The position numbers and the translations under genes are program-made. Of a stretch of 64,000 nt of DNA, positions 27,701 through 37,272 are shown piece by piece. The DNA lies in the NCBI GenBank assembly GCA_028716525.1, contig JAQUPQ010000014.1, positions 14,544 through 78,543 on the forward strand. The letters are read 5' to 3'. Every line of letters starts with the position of its first letter. Within the stretch, counting starts at the first letter, position 1. The notes beneath the pieces were generated by a model. The model was not told where the DNA came from. It was given only the letters and a program-made list of their open reading frames with translations, and searched no databases. This DNA is from Terriglobia bacterium. Lineage in GTDB: Bacteria; Acidobacteriota; Terriglobia; JAIQFV01.

Positions 27701-28303
27701 GTCTTCCGGCGAGTCCGGTCCTCCCACCCGTGTTCCCGAATGCCAGCTCAGTTTTTGGGTTGAGAAACCTTTGATTCCGGCGTGCGCCAAAATGCTGGGC
27801 AGAGACGCTGGAAATCCGAAGCAATCCGGCAGCATGTATTCCGCGCTGGTCTTGCCGAAGTCATGACGAAAGTATTCCTTGCCGTAAAGAATTTGCCGGA
27901 TGATGGATTCTGCCGAGGGATTGTTGACGTCGTTTTCTTCCATGGAAGAACCGGAAGGGAACCAGCGTCCTGCGGCGACATAATGCTGCAGCCGGGCGTA
28001 GTCGGCGGGGTAATATTCCTTCATCAGGCGATAACGGTTGGCGCCGCTGAAATTGAAAATGTAGTGAGGATATTTTTCGAACAGCGCAAAGTTGTCGTGC
28101 AGGGTCTTCGGTAGAAACTCACGAATGACCTGGGGATAATCCCATCGCCATTGAGTGTCCAGGTGCGCGTAGGGGACAACATAGAGCGTGGGCTGTCGCC
28201 TGAAATCGGGTGTGCGGGACGCCGCTGTTTGGCCCCACACAATTTGCGAAGAGAGCCCCAATAGGAAGAGCCAAATCGTGATTAGCCTGAATGATCGAAG
28301 CAT
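24758..28303 (-). CDS. Glycoside hydrolase family 38 alpha-mannosidase-like enzyme. It is secreted and carries a long C-terminal extension.
   Basis: It has the GH38 N-terminal catalytic pattern (YVVPYAHLDTQWRWDY, GRWFPSGSSMEENDVN, IIRQILYGKEYFRHDFG, YMLPDCFGFPASLPSILAHAGIKGFSTQKLSWH). The start is set at the ATG 28303, which has a GGAGTG ribosome-binding site and a signal peptide. The track ORF extends to 28519. Confidence 0.8.
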   Translation of the reverse strand: MLRSFRLITIWLFLLGLSSQIVWGQTAASRTPDFRRQPTLYVVPYAHLDTQWRWDYPQVIREFLPKTLHDNFALFEKYPHYIFNFSGANRYRLMKEYYPADYARLQHYVAAGRWFPSGSSMEENDVNNPSAESIIRQILYGKEYFRHDFGKTSAEYMLPDCFGFPASLPSILAHAGIKGFSTQKLSWHSGTRVGGPDSPEDTPVGIPFNVGIWDGPDGRGVIAALNATDYSGDITEDISKSPPPPTDSNARNNPIDWPKRVQKDGEASGLFVDYRYYGTGDIGGAPRESSVKMMEAILTKSKTVLPPPRQRLDFSRLLEEPPPPGSPVLVGDGPLHIIQSTAEQMFLDIRPDQTTRMPRYKGDLELTEHSAGSLTSEAYMKRWNRKNELLADAAEEASVAASWLTGRAYPLERLNHAWTLVMGGQFHDIIPGTSIPKAYEYSWNDQVLAMNQFATVLRSGVNSAASSLNTEGPGIAIVVLNPLNIERQDVVEAHISFPQGMPKAVRVVGPDGKEVPSQVSAGKVLFLAKVPSVGFSVFDVQSAESPAPSHLRVTESSLENARYLVKLDGQGDVSSIFDKNLKREILSAPIRLAFKLDRPVDWPAWNMDWADQQKPPRAYVGGPARTQIVENGAARIAIRVEREAEGSKFIQIIRLSEGDAGNRLEFVNTIDWKTGASNLKAVFPLVATNALATYNWDIGTIRRHNDDEKMFEFPSHQWFDLTDRSGSFGVTILSDCKNGSDKPSDNTLQLTLLRTPGIGTGNGQYYSDQATQDWGHHEMTYGLASHGGDYRAAQTDWEAYRLNQPLIAFESPKHTGFLGKEFSLIKVNNERIRVLALKRAEAGKEIIVRMVEMGGEPQPDVRVAFSAPIISAREVNGAEEAVGPATVSNGALVTPFGPYQPRTFALKLESPRTMTAAPEWHSIKLTYDLAAASADGSKSAPGFDSVGRALPAEQLPTDIAYGDIHFQLAAPATSVPDALIAKGQTIPFPAGKTTHLFILAASAEGDQEASFLFGQKQVGVTIQDWQGFIGQWDNRIWKTIPAPPLTEEQASRLKQREAQVEEALKQATARGDTHRVAQLEDLRDRLERPRTTQEFAGLTPGFVKPAPVAWFATHHHTADGANEPYAYVYLFAYDLAVPANAKTVTLPYNDKIRILAMTVSNEGDEVHPVQPLFDTLTRTAK

Positions 28304-28574
28304 GATCGTCACTCCATGGAAGAAGCCGGGAATGGAACTGCGGGTCAGAATTTCAAAGGATGCCGGCAAATACGAAGGGAAAATTACCGCGGCCGAATTG
28401 CAACGTTTCGCCGGATCTCGAACAGAGAATTTCGCTCGCGACATTGAAGCATAGTTCATCGGCCTACGCCAAGGACATCCTAATAATGATTCCATCTTCT
28501 TGACGGGAAGGAGGGCCACCTTGAATCATACGTGGTGACACTGAACTCTCCACGATCCTCCCTCCTCGATCAGC

Positions 28575-30338
28575 TCAGTGTTCTGCTACCGGCAGGGTGA
28601 AGGAAAATCGCGAGCCTTCCCCAAGGTGGCTCTCGATGTTCAATTTTCCCTCGTGGGCTTCGACGATGTGTTTGACGATGGCGAGACCGAGGCCGGTGCC
28701 CCCCAGTTCCCGGGAGCGGGCCTTGTCAACCCGGTAAAAGCGTTCCCCCAACCGGGGCAGGTCGGTGGAGGGGATGCCAATTCCATGATCGACCACCGCG
28801 ACCTGAACCGCACGGTCGATCTTTCTTAATTCTATTTCAATGCGGCCCCCGGGGCGAGAGAACTTGACGGCGTTGTCGAGCAGATTCAAGAGGACCTGAT
28901 GGATGGCGTCGGGATCGCATTCCACCGGGAGTGATGAAACCGTGGGTTGATAACGCACTGTGACGGCACTGGGTCGCGCCACACCGTCCACGGCGATGAC
29001 GGCATCCGTGATGATGCGGTTCAAATCCTGCAGCGATTTCTTGAACGGATACTTTCCGGCTTCGATGGTGGACAGGGTCAACAAATCCCCCGTCAGTTTT
29101 CCCAGGCGCTCGGCCTGCAGGCGAATCCGCTCCAGGAAGTCTCCGCGCCGTTCCAAATCGTTCACGGCGCCTTCCGCCAGGGTCTCCGCATAACCTTGAA
29201 TGGTGGCCAGCGGCGTGCGCATTTCATGGGAGACATTGGCGATAAAATCTTTTCGCACCCGTTCGAGGCGTTCGAGCTCCGTGGTATCGTAAAACACGGC
29301 GATCCATAGAGCGGAGCGTCCCTCCTTCTTTCCCACGGGCACCAGCGTGACTTGAAAAAATCTTTCAGGAGTGTCGTGGAGCGCCAGGCTGGTCGTGGCC
29401 GAGGATTGAGACTCAAAAGTCTTGTCAATGAAGGCTTGCAATTCCGCGTGACGAATCACCTCAAACCAGGGTTTTCCGACGGCAGTGGGAAAGCGACGGT
29501 TGAAGAGTGCATTGAAGATCCGGTTGGTGAGGACGATGTTTTTGTCTCGATCAAGGACCAGTACACCTTCGGAGGTGTTGTCCAGAATTGTTGAAAGCTT
29601 GGCGCGCTCGGCATCCAGGGATTGAAACAAGGTATAAAGTTGATCGGCCGTGGAGTTCAAAGACTGAGCCAGCACATTCAGTTCATCATGACCGCGGAGG
29701 GTGATGTGTTGCTGGAAATTTCCCGAAGCAATCGATTCCGAGAACTTCCGAAGAGCGTCAATTCGGGAGGCCAGGGATCGTGAGAGCAGATATCCGATGA
29801 GGGCTGCCAGGAGGAACGCCAGCAGCGAAGAAATCCAAATGCGCCGCCGGATGACCTGAATCTGTTGTTGCAGGTCGGAGAGTGGATACGCCAGTCGCAG
29901 GGCGCCGAAGATCCGGCCGTCGGATTCCAGCGGGATGGCCACATACAGAAAGTTGATGTGAAGCGTGTGGCTGAAGCGAATCGAACGGCCCACGCGCCCC
30001 TGCAGCGCCTCGATAAATTCCGGTCGCGCGGCATGGTTTTCCATCTCTGCAGGATTGGCGTTGGTGTCTTCCAGAACCACGCCATGCGGCTCGATCCAGG
30101 TAATCCGGGCGTTCGCGGGAACGTGGGCCGCGAGCACTTTGCGTTGTGTTTCCCCCAAAGGGACATCGGGTTGGATATCGAGGGCCAGCAACTCGGCCCG
30201 CTCTTCCAGTCCCTTGGCGATTTGGTCGGTCTGCCGTTTTTCCACATCCCGCGTGAGATAAAAATCCAGTACACCCAGCAGGACAAAAATCAGCGCCAGG
30301 TAGGTGAGCAGGATTTTTATGAAGAGTCGGTTTTTCAT
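28575..30338 (-). CDS. Sensor histidine kinase (PhoR-like: transmembrane segment, HAMP, PAS, HisKA, HATPase).
   Basis: It has the H-box [16 protein letters not shown], the N-box LLDNAVKFS and the G-boxes DHGIGIP...[14 protein letters not shown]. Confidence 0.85.
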   Translation of the reverse strand: MKNRLFIKILLTYLALIFVLLGVLDFYLTRDVEKRQTDQIAKGLEERAELLALDIQPDVPLGETQRKVLAAHVPANARITWIEPHGVVLEDTNANPAEMENHAARPEFIEALQGRVGRSIRFSHTLHINFLYVAIPLESDGRIFGALRLAYPLSDLQQQIQVIRRRIWISSLLAFLLAALIGYLLSRSLASRIDALRKFSESIASGNFQQHITLRGHDELNVLAQSLNSTADQLYTLFQSLDAERAKLSTILDNTSEGVLVLDRDKNIVLTNRIFNALFNRRFPTAVGKPWFEVIRHAELQAFIDKTFESQSSATTSLALHDTPERFFQVTLVPVGKKEGRSALWIAVFYDTTELERLERVRKDFIANVSHEMRTPLATIQGYAETLAEGAVNDLERRGDFLERIRLQAERLGKLTGDLLTLSTIEAGKYPFKKSLQDLNRIITDAVIAVDGVARPSAVTVRYQPTVSSLPVECDPDAIHQVLLNLLDNAVKFSRPGGRIEIELRKIDRAVQVAVVDHGIGIPSTDLPRLGERFYRVDKARSRELGGTGLGLAIVKHIVEAHEGKLNIESHLGEGSRFSFTLPVAEH

Positions 30339-30434
30339 CGATCGATCTGTGGGGATGCGATGAATTGTCGCCGGCCGGGAGATCGGCTCTGTGCGAACAA
30401 AAGTAAAATGGTGGTTCGAAATCGGCTCAAATTT

Positions 30435-31133
30435 TCAATCGGATGTGAGAGGGGATTCGAATTTGTATCCAAATCCTCGCACGGTTTTCAAAAAGGCCGG
30501 TTTTTCCGAGTCCCGTTCAATTTTCTCTCGAAGCCGCCGGATATGAACATCGACAGTGCGCGGCGTGACAAACGCTTCCGTGCCCCAGACCGAATCCAGC
30601 AACTGATTGCGGCTGAACACGCGGTTAGGATGCGAGAGAAAATACTCGAGCAACTTGAACTCGGTGGCGCTCAGTTTGACCTCGCGGTTCTCCACCCGCA
30701 CGGAACATTCGTCGCGATTCAATAGGATCGGCCCATGACTGACAATGGAGGCCGGTTCGGCTTCGGTGCGTCTGACATGTGCGCGCACACGGGCCACCAG
30801 CTCGCGGGGTGAGAACGGTTTGGTCATGTAGTCGTCCGCTCCCAGTTCCAGGCCCAAGACTTTGTCCACTTCCTCCCCTTTGGCGGTCAGAAAAAGGATG
30901 GGGAGCGACTGGAATTCTTTTTCCTTCCGTATGTCCCGGCACAATTCGAATCCGTCTTGGTCGGGAAGCATGACGTCGAGAATGAGAAGCGCGGGCTTCA
31001 GTTGTCGGAGGAGCATAAGAAGGTGATGGCCGCGATCGCGCGTGTGAACTTCAAATCCGCTCTTTTGAAGATTGTATTCCACCAGGTCCGCAATGTTGCG
31101 GTCATCTTCAATCACCAGGATACGTCTCGGCAT
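30435..31133 (-). CDS. OmpR/PhoB-family response regulator.
   Basis: It has a REC domain (MPRRILVIEDDRNIADL...LDVMLPDQDGFELCRDIR...LTAKGEEVDKV) and a winged-helix Trans_reg_C region (FKLLEYFLSHPNRVFSRNQLLDSVWG...VDVHIRRLREKIE). The start is set at ATG 31133. The 336-aa track ORF to 31445 would overlap the divergent GH57 gene. Confidence 0.85.
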   Translation of the reverse strand: MPRRILVIEDDRNIADLVEYNLQKSGFEVHTRDRGHHLLMLLRQLKPALLILDVMLPDQDGFELCRDIRKEKEFQSLPILFLTAKGEEVDKVLGLELGADDYMTKPFSPRELVARVRAHVRRTEAEPASIVSHGPILLNRDECSVRVENREVKLSATEFKLLEYFLSHPNRVFSRNQLLDSVWGTEAFVTPRTVDVHIRRLREKIERDSEKPAFLKTVRGFGYKFESPLTSD

Positions 31134-31367
31134 GGCGCGAATTATATCAGAAGCGGTCACCGGGGAAAGGTTTGGGGACGGAGGGCTATGCCGCGGTTCC
31201 CCGGCGTTTTTGTGGGGCCCACCCCTCGAAACCGCGCCGGAGAAGGCAGGGCGGAATGGGCGCGGCGCCACAATCCGTTGATGCCGTCCTGAAAGCCGGT
31301 TAAATTTACTTTTGAGAATTGGACGAATTCCGGTGTAAGCTTTCGACATCGAAACTCCCAATGAGTT

Positions 31368-33077
31368 TTGGGTCAACCCATGAGTGACTTTTTCGGATCG
31401 TTTGTTCTGGTATTGCATTCCCATCTGCCGTACGTGTTGCATCATGACCGCATGGATGAGGACTGGTTGATGGAAGCGGCGGCAGAAACCTATATTCCCC
31501 TTTTGAACGCCCTCTACAACCTGGTGGGCGAGGGCATTTCGCCGAAGATTACGATCGGGCTTTCCCCGATATTGGCCGAACAGCTACGCCATCCGCATTT
31601 CAGGAACGAGTTCAAGAAATACTGCGACATGAAGATTGAATACGCCGAGCACGACCGATCCGGTTTTGCACATCAGGATCCTCACATGGAATGGCTGGCT
31701 GAGATGTGGGCGGATTTCTATCGCGGAGTGAAGAAGGAATTTCAAGAGAAATTCTTCGAGGATCTGGTGGGATCGTTTCGATGGCTTCAAGACCAAGGTC
31801 ATGTGGAGATCATCACCTGCGGGGCGACGCACGGATACTTCCCGATGCTGGGAAACGACGTCTCGATTCAAGCGCAAGTCAAGATGGCCACCCGCAGTTA
31901 TGGGGAAATGTTCGGCCATGGTCCGCGCGGTATCTGGCTGCCGGAGTGCGGCTATCGGCCCGCCGGAAGATGGCCGAATCCCTTGCCCCACCGTTCCTGG
32001 GAAACTCCCCAGAATCGCAAAGGGGTGGACGAGTTTCTCAGTGAGAACGATCTGGAGTTCTTTATCGTCGATCATCATCAGACCATGAAGGCGGCGCCGG
32101 CGAATTTGAACAAATCGCCCATGGAAACCTATTTTTTGAGCGCCGCTCAGATTCCCAAGAAACCGGTGACGGTCTTTTCGCGCGACATCGAGCTGTCGCG
32201 GCAGGTCTGGGAGCACGATGTGGGATACCCGGGCGATTCGGTGTACTTGGATTTTCATAAACGTCATGCCGAAGGAAAACATCGTTATTGGAAAATCACC
32301 CACGCCAAGCTCGATATGCAATATAAACACAAGTACTATCCCGACGACGCCTTCCGTCAACGCGTCCAGGAACACGCCGGCAATTACAAGTGGCGCATCA
32401 AAGAGGCTCTCAAAAATCATTATGATCAAACCGGGAAGCCCACCTTGATCATGACGGCCTTTGATGCCGAACTGTTCGGTCATTGGTGGTTCGAGGGTCC
32501 GACCTTTTTATACTATCTGTTGAAATGGATTTCTTTCGATCCGGAGATCCGGACTGAAACCTGCAGCCAATACCTTGACCGCCAGCCGGCGTACGATTAC
32601 ATTCATTTGCCGGAATCTTCGTGGGGGAGCCATTACGACAGCAGCACCTGGAATAATCCCCAGGTGTACTGGGCCTGGGATCGGATCTATTCCGCGGAAC
32701 ATGAAATTCAGGATTTGGCGCGGCGTTATGCCCATTTGATGTGGGATGAACCCTTCCGGAGGATTGTTCGACAAACGATTCGCGAATTGATGATGCTGGA
32801 GGCTTCGGATTGGGAATTCATGATCACCAACTGCTCGACACGGGATCACGCCGAGCGCCGCGTTGTCGAACATCACGAAGACTTCAAGCGGTTGCTCTCG
32901 ATGGCTTGGCGTTGGGCCGCGGGCCAGGGCGGGAATATCAGCCAGGAGGAGTGGCAATTTCTATCCGCCGCGGAGTGGCGCAACGGCGGCGTGTTTCATG
33001 AGCCGGAGTTGTGGTGGTATGAAAAGCTGGAAGTTCCATCCCCTCGTAATGGACACGGCACCGGAATTTCAGACTGA
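31368..33077 (+). CDS. GH57-family 1,4-alpha-glucan branching-enzyme-like protein (GH57 N-terminal domain plus DUF1957).
   Basis: The N-terminus reads FVLVLHSHLPYVLHHDRMDEDWLMEAAAETYIPLLNAL, which is a GH57 His-Ser-His pattern. Confidence 0.7.
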   Translation: MGQPMSDFFGSFVLVLHSHLPYVLHHDRMDEDWLMEAAAETYIPLLNALYNLVGEGISPKITIGLSPILAEQLRHPHFRNEFKKYCDMKIEYAEHDRSGFAHQDPHMEWLAEMWADFYRGVKKEFQEKFFEDLVGSFRWLQDQGHVEIITCGATHGYFPMLGNDVSIQAQVKMATRSYGEMFGHGPRGIWLPECGYRPAGRWPNPLPHRSWETPQNRKGVDEFLSENDLEFFIVDHHQTMKAAPANLNKSPMETYFLSAAQIPKKPVTVFSRDIELSRQVWEHDVGYPGDSVYLDFHKRHAEGKHRYWKITHAKLDMQYKHKYYPDDAFRQRVQEHAGNYKWRIKEALKNHYDQTGKPTLIMTAFDAELFGHWWFEGPTFLYYLLKWISFDPEIRTETCSQYLDRQPAYDYIHLPESSWGSHYDSSTWNNPQVYWAWDRIYSAEHEIQDLARRYAHLMWDEPFRRIVRQTIRELMMLEASDWEFMITNCSTRDHAERRVVEHHEDFKRLLSMAWRWAAGQGGNISQEEWQFLSAAEWRNGGVFHEPELWWYEKLEVPSPRNGHGTGISD

Positions 33078-33079
33078 GC

Positions 33080-33883
33080 GTGGAATCAAAACGGACCCGG
33101 GCATTTCCGTCCAACAGAATGACACAGCAAACCCGAGAAGCGGAAACATCGATCTCCGAGCCGCCAGGTGCGGCGAAGAAGAACCTTCAATTTGAAGACA
33201 CGCCGCGGTCCTGGTCGCGGTGGCAACGTTTCCAAATCCAGCTGGCGGCCCACCTGGGTTACTGGCTGGTTTACTGCATTGGGCGGACACTGCGGTTTGA
33301 ATCACGTGGTGACGAGAATCTGGAAGGAATTTACAAAAGCGGTCATCGCGCCATTTTCACGTTCTGGCACAATCGCATTTTTGGGGCCACGTGGTACTGG
33401 CGGCGGCGCGGTATTGTCGTCATGACTTCTCAGAATTTTGACGGCGAGTATATTGCCCGTTTTATCGAGATGCATGGGTACGGGGCCGCACGGGGATCCA
33501 GCTCTCGCGGCGGAATGAAGGCTTTGATCGAAATGGCCAAATGTTTGAAGAAGGGAATTGATGTGGCCTTCACCATCGATGGCCCGCGAGGCCCTCGGTA
33601 TCAAGCCAAGGTGGGCCCCGTGCTGTTGGCGCGCAAGACCGGCGATGCCATTTTCTGCTTTCATATCTCCTACCAGAATAAATGGGTGCTGCGCAACAGC
33701 TGGGATCAATTTCAAATTCCCAAACCGTTCTCGAGGGCCCTCGTCATTAAAGCCCCCGCCATCTACGTGGATGCGGATGCCGATGAGGCCACGGTTCAGG
33801 CCAAACATGTAGAAATGCAGCGTCTTCTGGATCGCATTCGCGAGGAAGGCGATTCCTATTGGAAACAGAAAGCGGGCTCATGA
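33080..33883 (+). CDS. DUF374 / lysophospholipid-acyltransferase-superfamily protein.
   Basis: It carries FTFWHNRIFGATWYW...GAARGSSSRGG...VAFTIDGPRGPRYQAKVGPVLLARKTG. The start lies 3 nt after the GH57 stop. Confidence 0.65.
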   Translation: MESKRTRAFPSNRMTQQTREAETSISEPPGAAKKNLQFEDTPRSWSRWQRFQIQLAAHLGYWLVYCIGRTLRFESRGDENLEGIYKSGHRAIFTFWHNRIFGATWYWRRRGIVVMTSQNFDGEYIARFIEMHGYGAARGSSSRGGMKALIEMAKCLKKGIDVAFTIDGPRGPRYQAKVGPVLLARKTGDAIFCFHISYQNKWVLRNSWDQFQIPKPFSRALVIKAPAIYVDADADEATVQAKHVEMQRLLDRIREEGDSYWKQKAGS

Positions 33884-36100
33884 AGGCGGGGTTTGAGCAT
33901 GCGGTTTGTTTTCGAAGAGCCGGCTGACTCGGAGTGTGACCTTGGATTGAAACGGCTCGCTCGAGGAACAGATCCAGTGGGGGAGGATGGATGAGCCTTG
34001 ATAAACGGCTTCGAAGCCTTCCTCGGATTGTGTGACCGTCTGGAGCGGCGTGATCCACCAGGTACATGGAGAAGCTGCTCGGATCTCGATTCTCACCTCC
34101 TGATATTCATCCACAAGAACCAGTGAGTCGCAGGGCCCTAGACTTCCTTGCCAATCCAGCGGATAGCGTGTTCCTTGCGCCTCCAGGTAGCGATCCGGTT
34201 CATCCGGAGCCATCAAGTTGAAAACCATTTCCACTCCCACGGCGGCTGTTTCAGCGGTCTTGTCACCGCGGGACAACTTGAAATCACAAGCAATCTCGGG
34301 GACTTCAGGCTGCGGCAACCCTATGTGAAAATCCTTTTGCACCGACCACTGCGGGGTCTCGAGCCCGAATTTCAATTCCGAAGAAGTAAGCCAACGAGGC
34401 CGAATGTCGCCGGAACCCGCCGTCTGGTTTTTCGCGGCCCGTGAGCTTGCATTCCATCGATATTCACCGGCCGCGATCTCCGGATCCGCTTGGAGTTCAT
34501 TGCGCCTGAAATCTTCGAAGGCCTTTGCCGGATGAAAAACCAGGAGGCGAAAAGAATGGCGCAAGAAAGAATCGTAGACCAGCCATTGACGAAGATGAGC
34601 TTCTTTCGCCGCGGTTCGCTCATGGATGGTTTGAACGGATGCGGCGGGCGCCGTGTCAGGCGATAGTTCCTCCGGCACGCGGTCGTGATAGCTTTCGGGA
34701 CGGCGGGCTATGGAGTTGATGACATCCAAGGCGCATGGCTTGAAATCCAGGTAAGCAAGCGTGGCGCCATCCTGGGGAGCCAGCAGGGCAGAAAACGGGG
34801 GCGTGGAAATATGGATTTGAGTGGTGGAATTGCATTCGAAATCGGTGCACTCCATCCCCTGCGATGTCTGGCCCGAAAGACTCAGCTCCATTTCATCTGC
34901 GAACGAATCCGCCAAACTTAGGTTGCGTTGGGCTGAATGGCGGAGATGCGGGGCATACAGGCCTCCAAAGACACCATGCCAGTATGCATCGTTGGCTTGA
35001 GCGCGGAGGAGGTGGTCGTGCGCCAAATTCCACAAAACCCGGGATTCATTTCCGGCCCGAGAAGCACGCCGCTCGAGATCTAAAAGACGATCGGAAGTTC
35101 GGAGCATTCGCTTGTGCAACAGATTGGCCTCGGGATACCGGGCCAGAAAATTTCTGAAGAAACCCCCGCGAAGAAAAGCCCGGACAACCGCCCCCTGAGG
35201 GGAACGCTGCGCTATTTCCTTTGCCTGTTCAAAATCTTTTTGTCGTTCTGACGGGAGCACCCATTCCATCATCTCGTCATAGGATGTGGTGGGTAAATAC
35301 ACGCGGTCCAGAGGGCGATGTGTACTGAGATATTCCGCCGCGGGCAGCACTTCAATCCAGTCGTGATTTTGTTCCAGTGTTTTGAAGAATCGTTCGAGCC
35401 AGCGATTTTGATACACATGCTCGAAGGTGTGCGGCCACAAGCCGAATTTTTCCAGATCGTCGGCCATGGCGATCAAACGGTTCGGCCCTTGGGAGGCAAC
35501 GGCACGGAGATAATCAATCGTTTCGGCCGGCTCACGAAATGGAATGATGTAGCGCAGCCGTTTGCTGCCGGGAATGACAGCGATTGAATCGCCCAGATTT
35601 TCCGTGAGGTAGTATCCGTGCAGGTCGTCCGGCGACAGACCGGCTGCCAGGAAATGGGAATCGTCGACACAGACATATTGAAAACCGCCTTTCGCCAACG
35701 TGGTGGGCAGTTGAGGTTCCCACACGCGCTCCGCCAGCCAAAATCCTCGAGGGGCGACGCCGAACCGGTTTTTCAAATAGTCCTTCATCCTCGCCATCTG
35801 CGCCTGGGCGTCATGTTGAGAGATCATGGGAAGGATCGGCTCAAAAAATCCGCCCCCCAAAAGCTCCATCTGATTTCTTTGGATCAGTGTGTTCAATCTC
35901 TGGAAATACTCGGGTTGATGATGATCCAACCACTCAAGCAAGCCGCCCGAGAAATGCATGGACAGCCGGATCTGGGGATGCTGTTCCAAGCATTGCAGGA
36001 AGGGTAAATAGGATTTTCGATAAGCTCGTTCGAAAACCGAATTGAAGTTCCCAACGGGTTGATGAGCGTGGATGATGAGCGCCAGATAAATCTTATTCAT
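33878..36100 (-). CDS. GH57-family alpha-glucan hydrolase/4-alpha-glucanotransferase-like enzyme.
   Basis: The sequence reads MNKIYLALIIHAHQPVGNFNSVFERAYRKSYLPFLQ...WLAERVWEP, which carries the GH57 HQP and E...WEP signatures. Confidence 0.75.
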   Translation of the reverse strand: MNKIYLALIIHAHQPVGNFNSVFERAYRKSYLPFLQCLEQHPQIRLSMHFSGGLLEWLDHHQPEYFQRLNTLIQRNQMELLGGGFFEPILPMISQHDAQAQMARMKDYLKNRFGVAPRGFWLAERVWEPQLPTTLAKGGFQYVCVDDSHFLAAGLSPDDLHGYYLTENLGDSIAVIPGSKRLRYIIPFREPAETIDYLRAVASQGPNRLIAMADDLEKFGLWPHTFEHVYQNRWLERFFKTLEQNHDWIEVLPAAEYLSTHRPLDRVYLPTTSYDEMMEWVLPSERQKDFEQAKEIAQRSPQGAVVRAFLRGGFFRNFLARYPEANLLHKRMLRTSDRLLDLERRASRAGNESRVLWNLAHDHLLRAQANDAYWHGVFGGLYAPHLRHSAQRNLSLADSFADEMELSLSGQTSQGMECTDFECNSTTQIHISTPPFSALLAPQDGATLAYLDFKPCALDVINSIARRPESYHDRVPEELSPDTAPAASVQTIHERTAAKEAHLRQWLVYDSFLRHSFRLLVFHPAKAFEDFRRNELQADPEIAAGEYRWNASSRAAKNQTAGSGDIRPRWLTSSELKFGLETPQWSVQKDFHIGLPQPEVPEIACDFKLSRGDKTAETAAVGVEMVFNLMAPDEPDRYLEAQGTRYPLDWQGSLGPCDSLVLVDEYQEVRIEIRAASPCTWWITPLQTVTQSEEGFEAVYQGSSILPHWICSSSEPFQSKVTLRVSRLFENKPHAQTPPS

Positions 36101-37272
36101 ACTTGCGAAACCACCTCAAACGTCGGAGACCACACCCCAAGCGTGCCCTATGGAGGCCGCTTAGCCGGTCAGATACCGCGCGTGTCATCCGTGCGTCCGA
36201 TGCATTCCAACTCATGCTGCTTTCCGAGGACAAATTATCATCCCGGAAGGGAAATGACCAGTCCGAGCCTTTTGTATCCCGCCAGTGATTAGCGGGCTTC
36301 GATCATTCGTGAAAAAATCTGCGGAGAAAGATGCTCCCGCAAAAAAAAGAGGGAGAACAGGGGCGCCATTTCCTTTTGAACTCGTGCTGTTTTGTGATGC
36401 CACTTTGAAATAAAAAATCTTTGAGGCGTTTACGTAAGGTTCTGGATTGAAGCCCATTTCCAATTGAAAATCTAATGAGGAGTAAGCAGCCGTGCAATGT
36501 ATTCCAATTTTTGTACATCTGCATACAAGATTCAATATGCACATCCGGGTCTTTCAATCAACCACGATGGTATCGATTTTTCAACACGATGCGAGTGAGA
36601 CGGCGAAATTTTGCAGAATGAACTCGAGGCGTCTTAGGGGACTTGATATGAGAATGTGGTGAGAAAGATCCTTCGAGGATTACGCGCATGAATGGAAATC
36701 GCACATTTCCAAGGCCTTCATTAGGAATCCTTGATCGGAATGGAAATTGCTACGTTCTTTCTCAGAGACATTCTCAACTGGGGATTTGTACTGTTTGTCT
36801 GGGTTAGAGCTAGCGACGGTGTTTTGAGTCAAATAAAGTAGTTCATTTGTGTCCGAATGATTCCCGTATGGGGAGAGCCAAATTCTGAGGCTCAGCATTG
36901 GCCTTTTGATTTTGGTCGAAGAAGAGGGTTTGACCCCGCGGGATTGAAGTTCTCCTTTGAGCGGGAGGAGGCGCCGCACCGCCGATCCAACATCCTCGAT
37001 TTCATTCCTAGATTTTCATTTTGATTTGAAACGAGGCGCGGTTCCTTTCTCTCATTCTGTTTCACTGAGACTTAATTTCAGATGTTCAGGCCTGCAAATT
37101 GTAATTCCTTCACGGGCAGAGAGGAGGCCAAGGCAATCCTGTTGTGTTTCAAAGACAGGCAACTGAGACACTTTATTAGAAGCGGAAAGTAGGCGAGCAG
37201 CAAATTGAAGGTGATTCAAGCTGCCTTGGCCTAAATCCAAGAACTGAAACTTCTGACAGGGAGGTTCTAAAA

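Noticed and set aside
30435-31445. The 336-aa version of the response-regulator ORF with a 104-aa N-terminal extension.
   Set aside because: The extension has no REC-domain similarity and is Pro/Arg/Ser-rich high-GC read-through. It would also overlap the divergent GH57 gene that starts at 31368. The REC domain starts cleanly at the ATG at 31133.
36680-36979. 99-aa minus-strand ORF, and neighbouring small ORFs, in the AT-rich region upstream of the first receptor gene.
   Set aside because: They show no ribosome-binding site or start context and no recognisable domain, and their composition is atypical. They are more likely non-coding leader sequence.
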